From: Lama guanicoe
Lineage: Eukaryota
NCBI GenBank assembly: GCA_013239625.1
Contig: MU053376.1
Span: 1,972,507-2,036,506, forward strand
DNA: 64,000 nt
Direction of reading: 5' to 3'
The position numbers and the translations under genes were made by a program. The notes under the pieces are model-generated. The model worked only from the letters and a program-made list of their open reading frames with translations, was not told the origin of the DNA and searched no databases. Below, piece after piece: positions 49,990 through 61,982 of the stretch (within the stretch, counting starts at the first letter, position 1; each line of letters opens with the position of its first letter).

Positions 49990-50475
49990 CACCCATTTAT
50001 GGCGACTGCATGGCACCCGCCTCCTGGGAGCAGGCTGACCTGGGGACGTGACTGGGGCAGCAGAGGCCACCCCCAGGCCCTGCTGTGGCAATGAAGGGGA
50101 GAAATTGACCAGCTCACTAGAGGCAGCTCCTCTCTTCTCGCCGCTGCCCCAGGTTCACAAGACACTTGTTTCCAGGTCAATGGGCTCCCGGGAGGCAGGC
50201 GCGGTGTGTTCAGGGGGCGACTGCGGGGAGGGGTGCTGCCCCAGGGGGAGCAGGTAGACTTGCTCCCGTCTTCCCCCAGGCCTATCCTGGGAGCAGCCTC
50301 TGCCTCTGCTTCACAGGACCCATGTCTTCATGTCAGTCTGCTCCTGGGAGGAGGGCGCAGTGCAGTCAGGGGGCAGCGTCAGCGGCAGACAGGGACTTTA
50401 GGAGGACTGGGCTCTGGCCTAGGATAACAGCTCTCCTTTCTAATCTTGTTTCCGTCAGTTGGTGGCTGTAGTGGC

Positions 50476-52950
50476 TTTTCCTTTTAAGGTTATGACCAGA
50501 TACTGAACATAGATCTCTATGCTATACAGAAGCATTTTTACATACAGTGGCTAGCATTTGTAAATCTCAAACTCCCAAATTTATCCCTTCCCGCCCCCTT
50601 TCCCTGGTAACCATGAGATTGTTTACTAAGTCTGCAAGTATGTTTCTGTTTTGTAGATGAGTTCTTAGTGTTTTTTTTTTTTAAGATTGCACATATGAGT
50701 GATATCATACGGTATTTTTCTTCCTGTTTCTGGCTCACTTCACTTAGAATAACAATCTCTAGGTCAAACCATGTTGCTGCAAATGGCATTATTTTATCCT
50801 TTTTATGTCAGTGTAGTATTCCATTGTATAAATATACCACATCTTCTTTATCCAGTCATCTGTTGATGGACATTTAGGCTGTTTCCATGTCTTGGCTATT
50901 GTAAATAGTGCTTCTATGTACATTGGGGTGTAGGTGTCATTTTGAAGTAGAGTTCCTTCTGGATATATGCCCAGGAGCAGGATTCCTGGGTCATATGGTA
51001 AGTCTATTCCTAGTCTTTTGAGGAATCTCTATACTGTTTTCCACAGTGGCTGCGCCAAACTGCATTCCCACCAGCAGTGTAGGAGGGTTCCCTTTTCTCC
51101 ACAGCCTCTCCAGCATTTGTTATGTGTGAACTTTTCAATGATGGCCATTCTGACTGATGTGAGATGATCCCTCATTGTAGTTTTGATTTGCATTTCTCTG
51201 ATAATTAGTGATATTGAGCATTTTTTCATGTGCCTATCGATCATTTGTATGTCTTCCTTGGAGAATTGCTTGTTAAGGTCTTCTGGCCCATTTTTGGATT
51301 GTGTTGTTTGTGTTTTTTCTTATTAAGTCATATGAGCTGCTTATTTATTCTGGAGTTCAAGCCTTTGTCAGTTTCATTTGCAAAAATTTTCTCCCATTCC
51401 GTAGGTTGTCTTTCTATTTTACTTATGGTTTCCTTTGCTGTGCAGAAGCTTGTAAGTTTCATTAGGTCCCATTTGTTTATTCTTACTTTTATTTCTATTG
51501 CTTGGGTAGACTGCCCTAGGAGAACATTTTTGAGATGTATGTCAGATAATGTTTTGCCTATATTTTCTTCTAGGAGGTTTATTGTATCTTGTCTTATGTT
51601 TAAGTCTTTGATCCATTTTGAGTTTATTTTTGTGTATGGTGTAAGGGAGTGCTCTAGCTTCATTGCTTTACATGCTGCTGTCCAGTTTTCTCAACACCAT
51701 TTGCTGAAGAGACTGTGTTTATTCCATTGTATATTCTTGCCTCCTTTGTTGAAGATTAGTTGACCAGAAGTCTGTGGGTTCATTTCTGGGCTCTCTGTTC
51801 TGTTCCATTGGTCCATATGTCTGTTTTGTACCAGTACCATGCTGTTTTGATGACTATAGCTCTATAGTATTGTCTGAAGTCTGGGAGAGTTATTTCTCCA
51901 GCCTCTTTCTTTTTCTTCAGTAATGTTTTGGCAATTCTAGGTCTTTTGTAGTTCCATAAATCTTACTATGATTTGTTCTAGTTCTGTGAAAATGTCCTGG
52001 GTAATTTGATAGAGATTGCATTAAATCTGTAGATTGCCTTGGGCAGTGTGACCATTTTAACAATATTGAGTCTTCCAATCCAGGAGCATGGGATATCTTT
52101 CCATTTTTTTTAAGTCTTCTTTAATTTCCTCCATCAGTGGTTTATAGTTTTCTGTGTATAAGTCTTTCACCTCCTTGGTTAGATTTATTCCTAGGTATTT
52201 TATTACTTTGGGTGCTATTTTAAAAGGGATTGTTTCTTTACGTTCTTTTTCCATTGATTCATTGTTAGTGTAAAGAAATGCAACTGATTTTTGAATGTTA
52301 ATCTTGTAACCTGCTACTTTGCTGAATTCTTCAATTATTTCTAGTAGTTTTTGTGTGGACCTTTTAGGGTTTTCCATATATAGTATCATGTCGTCTGCAT
52401 GTAGTGACACTTTTACCTCTTCTTTTCCAATTTGGATCCCTTTTATTTCTCTCTCTTGCCTGATTGCTGTGGCTAGGACTTCCAAGACTATGTTGAATAG
52501 GAATGGGGATAGTGGGTAGCCTTGTCTTGTACCAGATTTTAGTGGGAAGCTTTTGAGTTTTTCACCATGGAGTGCTATGCTGGCTGTAGGTTTGTCATAT
52601 ATGGCTTTTATTATGTTGAGATATGATCCCTCTATACCCACTTTGGTGAGAGATTTTATCATAAATGGGTGTTGAATTTTATCAAATGCTTTTTCTGCAT
52701 CTGTTGAGATGATCATGTGGTTTTTGTCCTTTCTCTTGTTGATGTGATGTATTACATCGATTGATTTGCGTATGTTGAACCACCCTTGTGTCCCTGGAAT
52801 GAACCACACTTGATCATGGTATATAATCTTTTTTATGTGTTGTTGGATTCTATTTACTAATATTTTGGTAAGGATTTTTGCATCTATGTTCATCACTGAT
52901 ACTGGTTTGTAATTCTCTTTTTTGGTGGTGTCTTTGCCTGGTTTTAGTAT
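50476..52950 (-). mobile_element. 5'-truncated LINE-1: ORF2 reverse transcriptase and C-terminal region plus partial 3'UTR, frameshifted
   Basis: ORFs 52057..52995, 51328..51663, 51029..51244 and 50538..50789 give L1 ORF2 motifs ([53 protein letters not shown]). The ORF is broken into pieces, and the catalytic motif reads HADD. Confidence 0.96.
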
Positions 52951-54207
52951 CATTTTATTTGTATTACAGGATTGAGCCAATAAATACATTGCCAAAGGAA
53001 AAAAAACTTGGTATATAGTAGCTGTTCAAAAAACATTTGTTCAGCTAAATTGAACTTTTTTCCCCAAATAGAGACTCAGGGTATTCCTGAGATCCCTAGA
53101 GGTTATGGATAAAATTTTTGTACATATACATTTACATCCAGCACAAGATGGAAGGTTCTGTGCGATTTCCAAATAACTTACCCAAGTCTGACTGGCTTTA
53201 TACTTTTATGTTGCTGTGCACCGAGGGAAAATGAGAAAGTTCGTGGAGGTGTCAGTTGGTTACGTGAAGGCTTACCTGCATTATAGTAGAAAACCCAACT
53301 GCTTTTCCCCTTCACCGTCTAGAAACTGACCATTTATTAATGTTCCTACTTTCAGAATCGTCAGATTAGATTCTGTCTGTTGAGCAAGAACACACAATGG
53401 CCCTTCTAAAGCATAGGTTCTCAAGAGGAAACGAAAACCAGACAGAAAGGGACCTCAGTGTGCCTCAGGCCTGCTGCCTGGTTTCCAGTAAGCTCTCCTC
53501 TGATCTCTTTCTGTCCTGGGCCCAGGGGCCAAGGCAGTTCGTCCCTGATGGTCCAGTCCACCAAAAAGTACCAAGATGGTCCTCTCTCAGCAAGCTGTTG
53601 GCTCCACCAATGACACTAAGCAGCCTGGTCCCGGAGATGACATTTCCTTATATTATACTGTGTTTTTGCCATGTCATGGAGTATGTGACTGTTTCTGTCA
53701 GAAACTTGCTGTTTACATTCTGTGTTTACGTGGCATTATCTGGCTGTTACATCCATTGGTAACTAATATGGTACTGCTACTTTGGGGTCTTAACATCGCC
53801 TGCCATTCTGTGAGGAATATTCTGGGGATTCCCTTAGACGAACAGACAACTTAAGTCCCATCACAAGCCAGCTAATTAAATTCCCCTGCTTATGCCATGC
53901 TATTGCTTCAGTTGGATTCAGGAGCCAGTCCTGGCCTGTGTGGTTTGCTTCAAAGGTCTAGCTTGTAGAATCCAGTCCCCCCTCACCTAGAGGGGAGTCC
54001 TAAAACAGTGGGCAAAATGTCGCATTATTCTCCTTTGTTTTCCAAACAAGAAAGTTGTTTGAAGATTCCAGATTTTCGAGGGACTTTGACTGAGAACCCA
54101 AGGTTGAGCCCCAGGGCTCCTGAGAAAAACTGGGCAGGCCTGATAAGGTTAAAGATGCTTGCAGTCCAGCCCCCCAGGCCCCTGCTTCCTGGACCCCTCC
54201 CCAGTTT

Positions 54208-54305
54208 TGCAGTTGCGTGTGTGGCGCTGTCTGGGAGCCACTTCCACGTTCAAACTGTAGTTGCGTGTATGGTGCTGTCTGGGAGCCACTTCCACGTTCA
54301 AACTG
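54208..54305. repeat. 48-bp tandem duplication (2 copies, 3 mismatches)
   Basis: agttgcgtgt(g/a)tgg(c/t)gctgtctgggagccacttccacgttcaaactg x2. Confidence 0.95.
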
Positions 54306-55118
54306 ACAATTGGGATCCGCCCTCTCTGTGCTCTCACTCCAGAAGCCCTGGGTTTGCATCCTGGCCCTGGTTCATATCCCCCATATAACCTAAGGCTGGT
54401 CATCACCTATCAGTCCCCTCCCCTAGAAAAGGCTTGCTGGTAACCCCTACCTTACATGCCTGTAAGCACCCAGGCATTTCTCAGCAGCAATCACCACCAC
54501 GAGCATTAATCTATTATTATTTTTACTCTAACAAAATTCAAAGAGACCGAGTTTTCACGCACAGTATCACCATGTGGCAGTCACACGTGTTTGCCTTTAG
54601 AGTCAAGCTGCGATCAGGGACCAGTGGCTAGCACAGTGCCTGACAATACTCTCTGTTCACCTGTCTTTTCGTGTCCTCCCTTTTTCATAAGCAGTGAAAG
54701 CATTGTCCCCCAGAACAGCCAGATAGTATTAGAACAGCTAAAGCAATCATGATCTCAGAGCTTACGAAACTCAGATGGTGTCTAATGGCTTGCCTGCCAT
54801 GCTCCTGGATTGCACCCCTGACCCTGGGGACAAGAAAGTGCCAGGAAGTCACTTCCCTACTTTGCAGTTGGGGACAGAGTCACAAGGGCTGGAGAAGGCA
54901 GCCGTCAGCATCAGGAGTGATGTAGCTCTCTCTTCCCTTGAGTCTCTGACTCGGCGCTCTTTCGGCTAATGCCTCGTGTTCGTTCCAGTGACTTTTCCAC
55001 CATCCTTGTAAAGTCTTTTCCCACCAGCTGGCGGAGAGAGACACTCAGCTAAGCTTGGAGCTGTGGTTGTGAATTTGCTGTTTTTTTCTCCCTTGATCAC
55101 ATTTCCCGGTCTTTCTAG

Positions 55119-55196
55119 GACTACAGCATGAAGGAATTTTCCGAGTGTCAGGATCCCAGGTGGAAGTGAATGACATCAAAAACGCTTTTGAGAGAG
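55119..55196 (+). CDS. SRGAP2: SRGAP2 coding exon 14 (78 nt, phase 1/1): (G)LQHEGIFRVSGSQVEVNDIKNAFER(G); arginine finger codon CGA at 55142-55144 (R527)
   Basis: ggtctttctag|GA and AGA G|gtgagg. Contains the RhoGAP box GIFRVSG. Confidence 0.97.
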
Positions 55197-56099
55197 GTGA
55201 GGAAACAACCTTAAAGATAAGACCAAATGTTTGCCAGCCCCCTGGGATGTGGGCGCTACCCTTCCCTCCCTGAGAGGTACCCAGAGGTCAGCAAGCCAGT
55301 TTGCCTCCCTGTTCAGCCCAGCCCCTTCTCTCTGGTAGACATCCCCTTACTAGATATGCACCGAGACACCAGGGCATGTCCCTGTTTCCTCCTTCTCAGC
55401 CCCGGGCATCCTGCCTCTCTCCTGCGGATGATCTGCCCAAACCCCAGAAGGTAACTGTGGTATCTGGGCAGTTGATGGCTGTATGCGGGACCCTTGGTGG
55501 CAGGGCGAGTGCGCCTGCTCCATCATAGCCCATTTATTATCTTGTGGGTTATTAAGGTAATGGGCAAGCTTCGGCAATTTCCGTCACCCTAATGGATATA
55601 TATAGTTTCAATTTAAGGTTGGTCCTGTCATTAAATCTAATTACACCTGATACGAAATCTTCCATTGGGAGCCCCAGCATGATTGTTCTCCTGTAAGTAG
55701 GTGTCCTTTGCCACAGGCCAAGAGGAGTGAGAGCTAGTCAGAGGGGCTGGCCTCCCTGGCCTCCCTGGCCTCGTTTCCCTCCCCTAGGGGCTCAGTCCCA
55801 GCCTGCTTTCAGGATTCTTGTGACAGAGCCAATTGCTGTGTCCCATCCCCAGCCCAGAGGGAATGTCCCTGAGCTAGTCTGGCACAAGCAAATTTATCTT
55901 AATGGACTCTTGTGGCCCTGCCCTCCGCCCCTGGGTCTGAGCAGTCCTTGCTTCATCTCGTCGCCCTACCCATGGCCGCCATGCTGGGCAGAGAGCTGAT
56001 GGGCTGTGATGAAGACCCCCTTTCCTACCACCTCTGCTCCATCCTGTGTGCTTTTACCTCTCACTCTCTTTCCTTTTTGGGGGGTTTGCTTATCCTCAG

Positions 56100-56234
56100 G
56101 AGAGGACCCCCTGGCTGGGGACCAGAATGACCATGACATGGACTCTATAGCTGGCGTCCTGAAGCTTTACTTCCGGGGGCTGGAACACCCTCTCTTCCCC
56201 AAGGACATCTTCCATGACCTAATGGCCTGCGTTA
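56100..56234 (+). CDS. SRGAP2: SRGAP2 coding exon 15 (135 nt, phase 1/1): (G)EDPLAGDQNDHDMDSIAGVLKLYFRGLEHPLFPKDIFHDLMACV(T)
   Basis: ttatcctcag|GA and GTT A|gtaagt. Contains RhoGAP motif LKLYFR. Overlaps ORF 56006..56272. Confidence 0.97.
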
Positions 56235-57339
56235 GTAAGTATCATCCCAGAACACCTCGTAGCAACAGATAAGAAATTTCCACCGGGTCTTATTTTCTTG
56301 TGAGCTTTCCAGTAATGTTTTCCTTTTTCCCTTTTCCTCAGTGAAGTTTCTCTTCTTTGTTCTCCCTCCTTGATGCCCTGGTAGGGGAGCGAAAAAAGTG
56401 ACTTTTCAATAAGAATCTGGACCAGAAGTCAGAACTCCTGGCTTTTTTCTTTCTGTTTCACCCCAAGCTCCTTTGTTTTGCTAGGCTTTGTCTGTCTTCA
56501 GCAAAATACATCTGTGTCCGTATGTAAGACACAGACCATCCTTTTCAGCTACTGGAGGCTTGTTTATTAGTGCTGGTACTTTTCGTGACTCAAAGAGAGA
56601 ACACGTAGATGTTACAGATGCTGCCTGCCTGTTGCTTTAAATATGGCATGGCTCACCTGCTAGATGTGTTAATACGTGTTCTTCTAGGAATAAAAGCCCT
56701 CTGCACACTTGAAAGTAACGATATAAATGTTTTCTCAGAGAGGGAGAGTCTCTGTGTGATCTTTAGATAAAGTGGGTATCTTAGAGGTTCTCTGCCTCTT
56801 ACTCTAAAATGTGGGGCTTGAAAAGCTTTTCCTGGCCAATTAGTTTAGCTCATTTTACTGGAACACATCTCATTTGTTGTCCATGGAAACTTGGATGAGT
56901 GTTAGGTCATCCTGGAAGCAGACCCCATGGGAATGATGGCTTCAGAGGCTGGAGGAGGCCATTCCTTTGAAATGGAGAAAAGTTTTTCTTCCCTGATCAG
57001 CCAGGGTCTCCATGCCCGCCGAGTTTCCGGTATATATGCTGAGCGCCATCCCTCCGTTATTCTCGGGGAGAGGCCCAGAGCGCTCAGGAAGCTAGCTCTC
57101 TTGTTTTATTTGTTTCCCCACCATTTGTGGGAGTCCTCGTGGAAATGAGTTCTGTGGGTGATTGAATATATGCATCCCTCGTGTCTTCACGTCTTTGTCC
57201 AGGACTGGACCTAGGTAGACTATCCTAAGTGGGCTGGGGTTGCCAAGACAGTGCAAGATACCTTGGCTGGCTAATCCTCTGCCCAGATGGGGTCCCATTC
57301 CTTTTTCACGTAAAGGCTCTCATAGAAAATGACAATATC

Positions 57340-57499
57340 GGGGGAGGGTATAGCTTAAGTGGTAGAGTGCATGCTTAGAAGGTACAAGGTCCTGGGTTCA
57401 ATCCCCAGTACCTCCTCTAAAAATAAATGAGTAAATAGACCTAATTACTGCCCCCCAAAATTTTTTTTAATTAAAAACGAAATTCAAAAAAAAAAAGAA
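57340..57499 (+). mobile_element. tRNA-Ala-derived SINE (Vic-1-like)
   Basis: tRNA-like head and A tail. 16-bp TSD agaaaatgaca(a/g)tatc at 57324-57339 and 57500-57515. Confidence 0.92.
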
Positions 57500-58161
57500 A
57501 GAAAATGACAGTATCCACATTGCATACCGTGGAAGCTGGGGGCTGGCTGTGAGGGAGGCACAGGCATAGGGTCATACCTGGAATTAATCTGACCACAGCA
57601 CAAGAGTCAGGAAAATCCTCTGGTTTTCTCCCCAAATATTGCTCCTTACACAGGGGCATGCCATTTCTTGCCTCTGGCCACAGTCTCCTCACCCCCACTG
57701 CAGAAAAGGGAGGGGGGACGATCAGCCAGACTGGTCCAGGGGATGAGGTGATGCACATGTGGAGTGGGCAGGACAGGACCTGCGCAGCCCCACCCCCTCC
57801 CCACATGGAGGCCCTCCAAGGCTGGGTGTTGAGCAGTCAGAGCAGTTTACGGTCAGCATCTTACCTGTGGTCTTATAATAAGAGAGTGGTAGATGCTGTG
57901 GGGAACATCTCCAACCCCTTCTGTGCCCAAGGAGCATCCTTACGTCCTGCCCCAGTGAGGTGTCTGGAGCCCAATGTGCCCCATCACAGCAGCCCCACTG
58001 CAAGGAGCCGCCCAGGTGGACCTCCTTACGTTGCACCAGTGCTGCGTGGACTTGACCTGGCTGCTGTCTGTGTTGTACTTGCTGCTAGTAAGGGCCTTCT
58101 GACCACTGCGCCCTGGGCTCTCAGTCACCTTGGAGGGTAATGCATGGCTTTCTTCTTTCAG

Positions 58162-58267
58162 CAATGGACAACCTGCAGGAGAGAGCTCAGCACATCCGGA
58201 AAGTCCTCCTGGTCCTGCCCAAAACCACTCTGATTATCATGAGATACCTCTTTGCCTTCCTCAATCA
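58162..58267 (+). CDS. SRGAP2: SRGAP2 coding exon 16 (106 nt, phase 1/2): (T)MDNLQERAQHIRKVLLVLPKTTLIIMRYLFAFLN(H)
   Basis: tttcttctttcag|CA and AAT CA|gtgagt. Confidence 0.96.
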
Positions 58268-58344
58268 GTGAGTAGCCTTCCCAGTGAGCAGTGGTATCCG
58301 GCCTTGGCCTTGGGCACTGGAAGTTTACGTAGGGACCTATGATG

Positions 58345-59240
58345 ATTCATCCAGCCCAACAAATTGAATGCCTACTGTATGCCAGGCACAGCTGTAGGAT
58401 GTAAGAATAGCTTGTGAAATCAGAGGCAAAAGCCTGGATACCATTTAAGTTGTGTTCTGGCAGAAGACACAGACAATAGCAGACACATCAGGTAGTAATA
58501 AGCGCTTAGAAGAAAAACACAGAAGTGTAAGCTGAGGGACTAGGGGCAGGGGTGGAAGAGGGACAGCCACTGCAGAGGGGCGGGGAGATGGCGTACGAGC
58601 AGCAGCCTAAATGAAGGAAGGAGGGAACCACAGGGACGATCAAGGCAATCAAGCCCCAAAAAGTCATGGCAACCATGAGTTTGTATTTGAAGAAGCCATC
58701 AGAAAGTTTCAAGGAGAAGAGTATTATGATCTGACTTCTTATATATTTTTAAAATCCACCAACTGCTTTGTGGAGAAGTTACTGCAAAGTAATGTGTGGA
58801 GAGGGTAGACCTTTCCAGAAGTTTTTGTACCGTCTTGGCTAGGAGTGCTGGTGGCCTAGGTTGGGGAGGTGAGGATAGAGGGTAGTGGAAGGGGTCAGGT
58901 TTGGGATCTATTTTGAACGTAGCCTTGAAAGGACTTGCTGATGGGTAGGGTGTAGGATGTGAGGAAAGATAAGTTCTAAAATTTTGGCCCGAGCAGCAGG
59001 GAAGTCGTGATGCCATTTGTGGAGTAGGGGAAGACAAGGTGCCGAGGTGGACGTGTTAACCTGAGGCACCCATTGCCCTCCAGGTGGAGGTTCTAAGTAG
59101 GCAGCTGAACACAGGTGTCAGATGCTCGGAGGAGAAACCCGGAGCGGAGATGCAGTGTGGAGTCATCGTGTACTGGTGCTATTTAGCTGGTCAGCCAGGG
59201 AGTGAGTGTAGCTAGAAGAGAGATCTGAGGACCGGAGGGG
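58345..59240 (-). mobile_element. L2 LINE remnant
   Basis: tgaatgcctactgtatgccaggcac; gatctattttgaacgtag...ggacttgctgatgg; tttggcccgagcagcagg. Confidence 0.7.
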
Positions 59241-59409
59241 CCTTGGGCTTGGCTGGGACATTTCTCTGTCTAAGCAGTGTGCCCTTGCGCAGGGCAGGCG
59301 GTGGAGTCACCACAGGGCAGCAAAGGCAACAGGCAAGGACATGCAGTGCTTCTCCCCTTAGGCACCTCTGTCTCTGCACATTGTTTTCACTGCAGCATCT
59401 CCCTCAACA

Positions 59410-59880
59410 GCCTGCGCCAAAGATTATAAATGGACAACCCCAGGGCCAGATGAGGCCTTCAGATGTGTTTCCTTTCAGTCCACTGTGTCTTGAAAACATT
59501 GAAACATCTAAATATTGGGAGATTTTTCTCTTAAAAAGATCTCCATTTCTAGCTCCTCTTAAAAAATCATTGAATCTGGCCATCCTGGATCTGCATATTC
59601 CCACATGGCCACAACTCCCGGTGGAGTCGAGGCTGCTGCCTAGACGAACCAGTCAGGCTCTCCCCGACTCTCTACAGTCCCCAGCTCTCCCCGATGTCCC
59701 CCCCAGTGCTGAGGCTGGTTTCAGTGGTTATTTATCATCACGGTTGCTTTATGGTTTTTCATACAGTGGGAAAACAGTTCTCTAGATCCATGAATCTGTA
59801 AAAAGAGTGAAAACAAAAAATGAAACCAAGGGCTAGGATGTGTTAGCTCATATTTCTTGGCAAAAATGAAGTCTTCCCCA
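59410..59880. mobile_element. Old hAT-Charlie-like DNA transposon remnant
   Basis: cagggccagatgaggccttcagatgtg; catattcccacatggccacaa. Resembles recalled Charlie4/MER102-type sequence. Confidence 0.45.
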
Positions 59881-61115
59881 AAAACAGAAAAAGAAAAAAA
59901 AAAAGAATTCTTCTTAGTGGATTGGTCTCTACTTCAACGAAATATGAGTTGAGAGGCCATCTCGGGAGCCTCAGCCCGCTTATGTACGGTCAGCCTGCCC
60001 TCTAGGCATCTGGGTTAGGGGCCCCTGCCTGAGACCTTTCTGGGGCAACCCCACCGCCCTCTGGCCCTGTTGCTGATCCTGCAGAGCGACAGGGGGTCCT
60101 GGGCCTGCAGCTGCTCCCTCCACATGGCTGTGTCTGCACCATTCGGTTCGTTAGCCAAGCCCTGACTCAGCCCCACAACTGCCTCTGGTTCAGAAGCCCT
60201 TGTGACTCACACAGGGTGCTCACATGCTGCCCGTTTTAGGCAAATGGAAATAGAAACTCTGGTAATGACTCTCGAGTCAGTCAGTCCCCTCTTGTGACAA
60301 GGGCCACTTGTCACCTCTCTTTGACCAATACCTGCCCTCAAGCAGCCTAGTCTGCTCCTGCAGAGCATGGAGCTTGACGGTCATGGGTAAACAGGCAGGG
60401 GGGTCCTGGGGTGACTGTGTGTGTGAGCACAATGGTCCATTCTTCTCCTGCTACGTGGGGGCTTGGGAAGCTTGTGTGGGCAGAGAGAAAAGTGAGCAGC
60501 ATATGCTGTAAAGCTGGAGGTGGTGGCCCCGACTGAAGGGAAATGGAAAATTGCACCAAGTCAAATGATTACTTTTGGTTTACTATTTTTTTTTCTGGTT
60601 AGAAAAGATTGACTTGCTCATCAAAGTACTTCGCTGAAAAGATGCAACATAATAACCACAGTGTTTCCTGAAACAATAAATGGAGTGCAGGACATAGGTG
60701 ATAGCGGAGATCACCTGCCTGCATGGGAAGGTGACAGGCGAGCAGCGTGCCCCTACCCGCAGGTGTAGCCAGAGTTGGCAGGTAGCTCCTCATGGAGACT
60801 CTCCCTGGGCCCACACTGTCAGGACCCCCCTCCTTTGTTGTTGTGTGTTGTACCCTGGGGAGGGGTGTGCTTTATTTCTGACTATGATCTTCTTGGGTTA
60901 TACACATACTTCATCTCAAGGAACACCCTCCTCCCGCAAAACTAACATGTATATGTATCTATATGGAACTCCTTACACAGTGTACCAGTGTGTGTGGACT
61001 TGACCTGGTTCCATGTAGATCTATGCAGCCAGTGTCCAGGCCACTGTATGAAGCCTTGGGTACGTGCCTGTCCAGCAGGACTTGTTAATTATTAACATTA
61101 TCCTTATGTAGTGTC

Positions 61116-61668
61116 TGCATTGATTATCCATTGCTGTGTAACAAATTACCCTAAAACTTAGCAACTTACAACTATAAGCATTTATTATGTTGTCACAGTT
61201 TCTGTGGGTCAGGAATCCAGATGCAGATTAGCTGGGAGCCTCTGGCTTCAGGTTTCATGAGTTTACAGTGAGTGTGTCGAGGGCAGGGCTGCAGTCTCTT
61301 CTGAAAGCTCAGCAGGGAAGGGATCTGCTCATAAGCTCACTTAAGTGGTGTTGGCGGGATTCAGCTCCCTACAGGTTGTTGGATTGAGGACCTCCATTCC
61401 TGGCTGACTGTTGGCCAGGGACCTCCATCGGTTCTTCACCACGTGGGCCTCACCATAGCATGGCTCGTAACATGGCAGCTGGCTGCGCTCCAAGCCAGTG
61501 AGTGAGAGAGCGCCCAAGACAGCAGTAACGTGGCCTCCCATCACTTCTGCCATATTCCATTCACTAGAAGTGAGCCACTGAGTCTAGCCACACTCAAAGG
61601 GAATGTCACAAGCGTGTGAGTACCAGCAGGCAGGGGCCATGGAGTCCGTTCTGGAAGCTGCCTGCCAC
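61116..61668. mobile_element. ERVL-MaLR solo LTR (MLT1F-like)
   Basis: attgctgtgtaacaaattaccctaaaacttagcaactta...cacagtttctgtgggtcaggaatcc...catcacttctgccatattccattcactagaagtgag. Confidence 0.85.
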
Positions 61669-61802
61669 GACATCTGTGCTACCAGTGGGTGTTCGCCCCA
61701 CAACCAAGTGTAGGCAGCGCCCCTTCCTGCAGCTTTACTTTGCTGCTTGCCTTTTGCAACCTGATTTCTTCAGACGTCAAACAGCACAGCTTTTTAGTCT
61801 CT

Positions 61803-61982
61803 TGGTAATCAAGTGAAGTCCGCAGACCAGCAGCATCCGCATCACTTGGGAGATTGTGAGAAATATGGCGTCTCAGTGCCCCTCCCCCACCCCCACCCCC
61901 AGTGAGCTGTGACTCAGAGTCTGTCTTTTGATGAAGTCCCCTGGTGAGTCACAGGCACGTGGAAGTCCAAGAAGCACCACTC
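61803..61982. mobile_element. MER5A-like hAT DNA transposon
   Basis: agaccagcagcatccgcatcacttgggagattgtgagaaat...cccctggtga...aagaagcac. Confidence 0.75.

Noticed and set aside
51230..51763. 177-aa hydrophobic + strand ORF
   Set aside because: Antisense reading of L1 ORF2, a common artefact.
52057..52995. 312-aa reverse-transcriptase ORF as an active or novel RT gene
   Set aside because: Ordinary L1 ORF2 fragment: 5'-truncated, no endonuclease domain, frameshifted downstream, HADD at the catalytic motif, and the ORF start lies in host flank.
55434..55456. LPKPQK followed by AAG|gtaact, resembling the PPKPQK motif of the SRGAP1/3 alternative exon
   Set aside because: Wrong position (intron 14, inside the RhoGAP domain) and no further similarity. 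Treated as coincidence.
57658..59785. 160-aa (57658..58140) and 180-aa (59243..59785) intronic ORFs
   Set aside because: Non-domain, compositionally random peptides; the latter overlaps a DNA transposon remnant.
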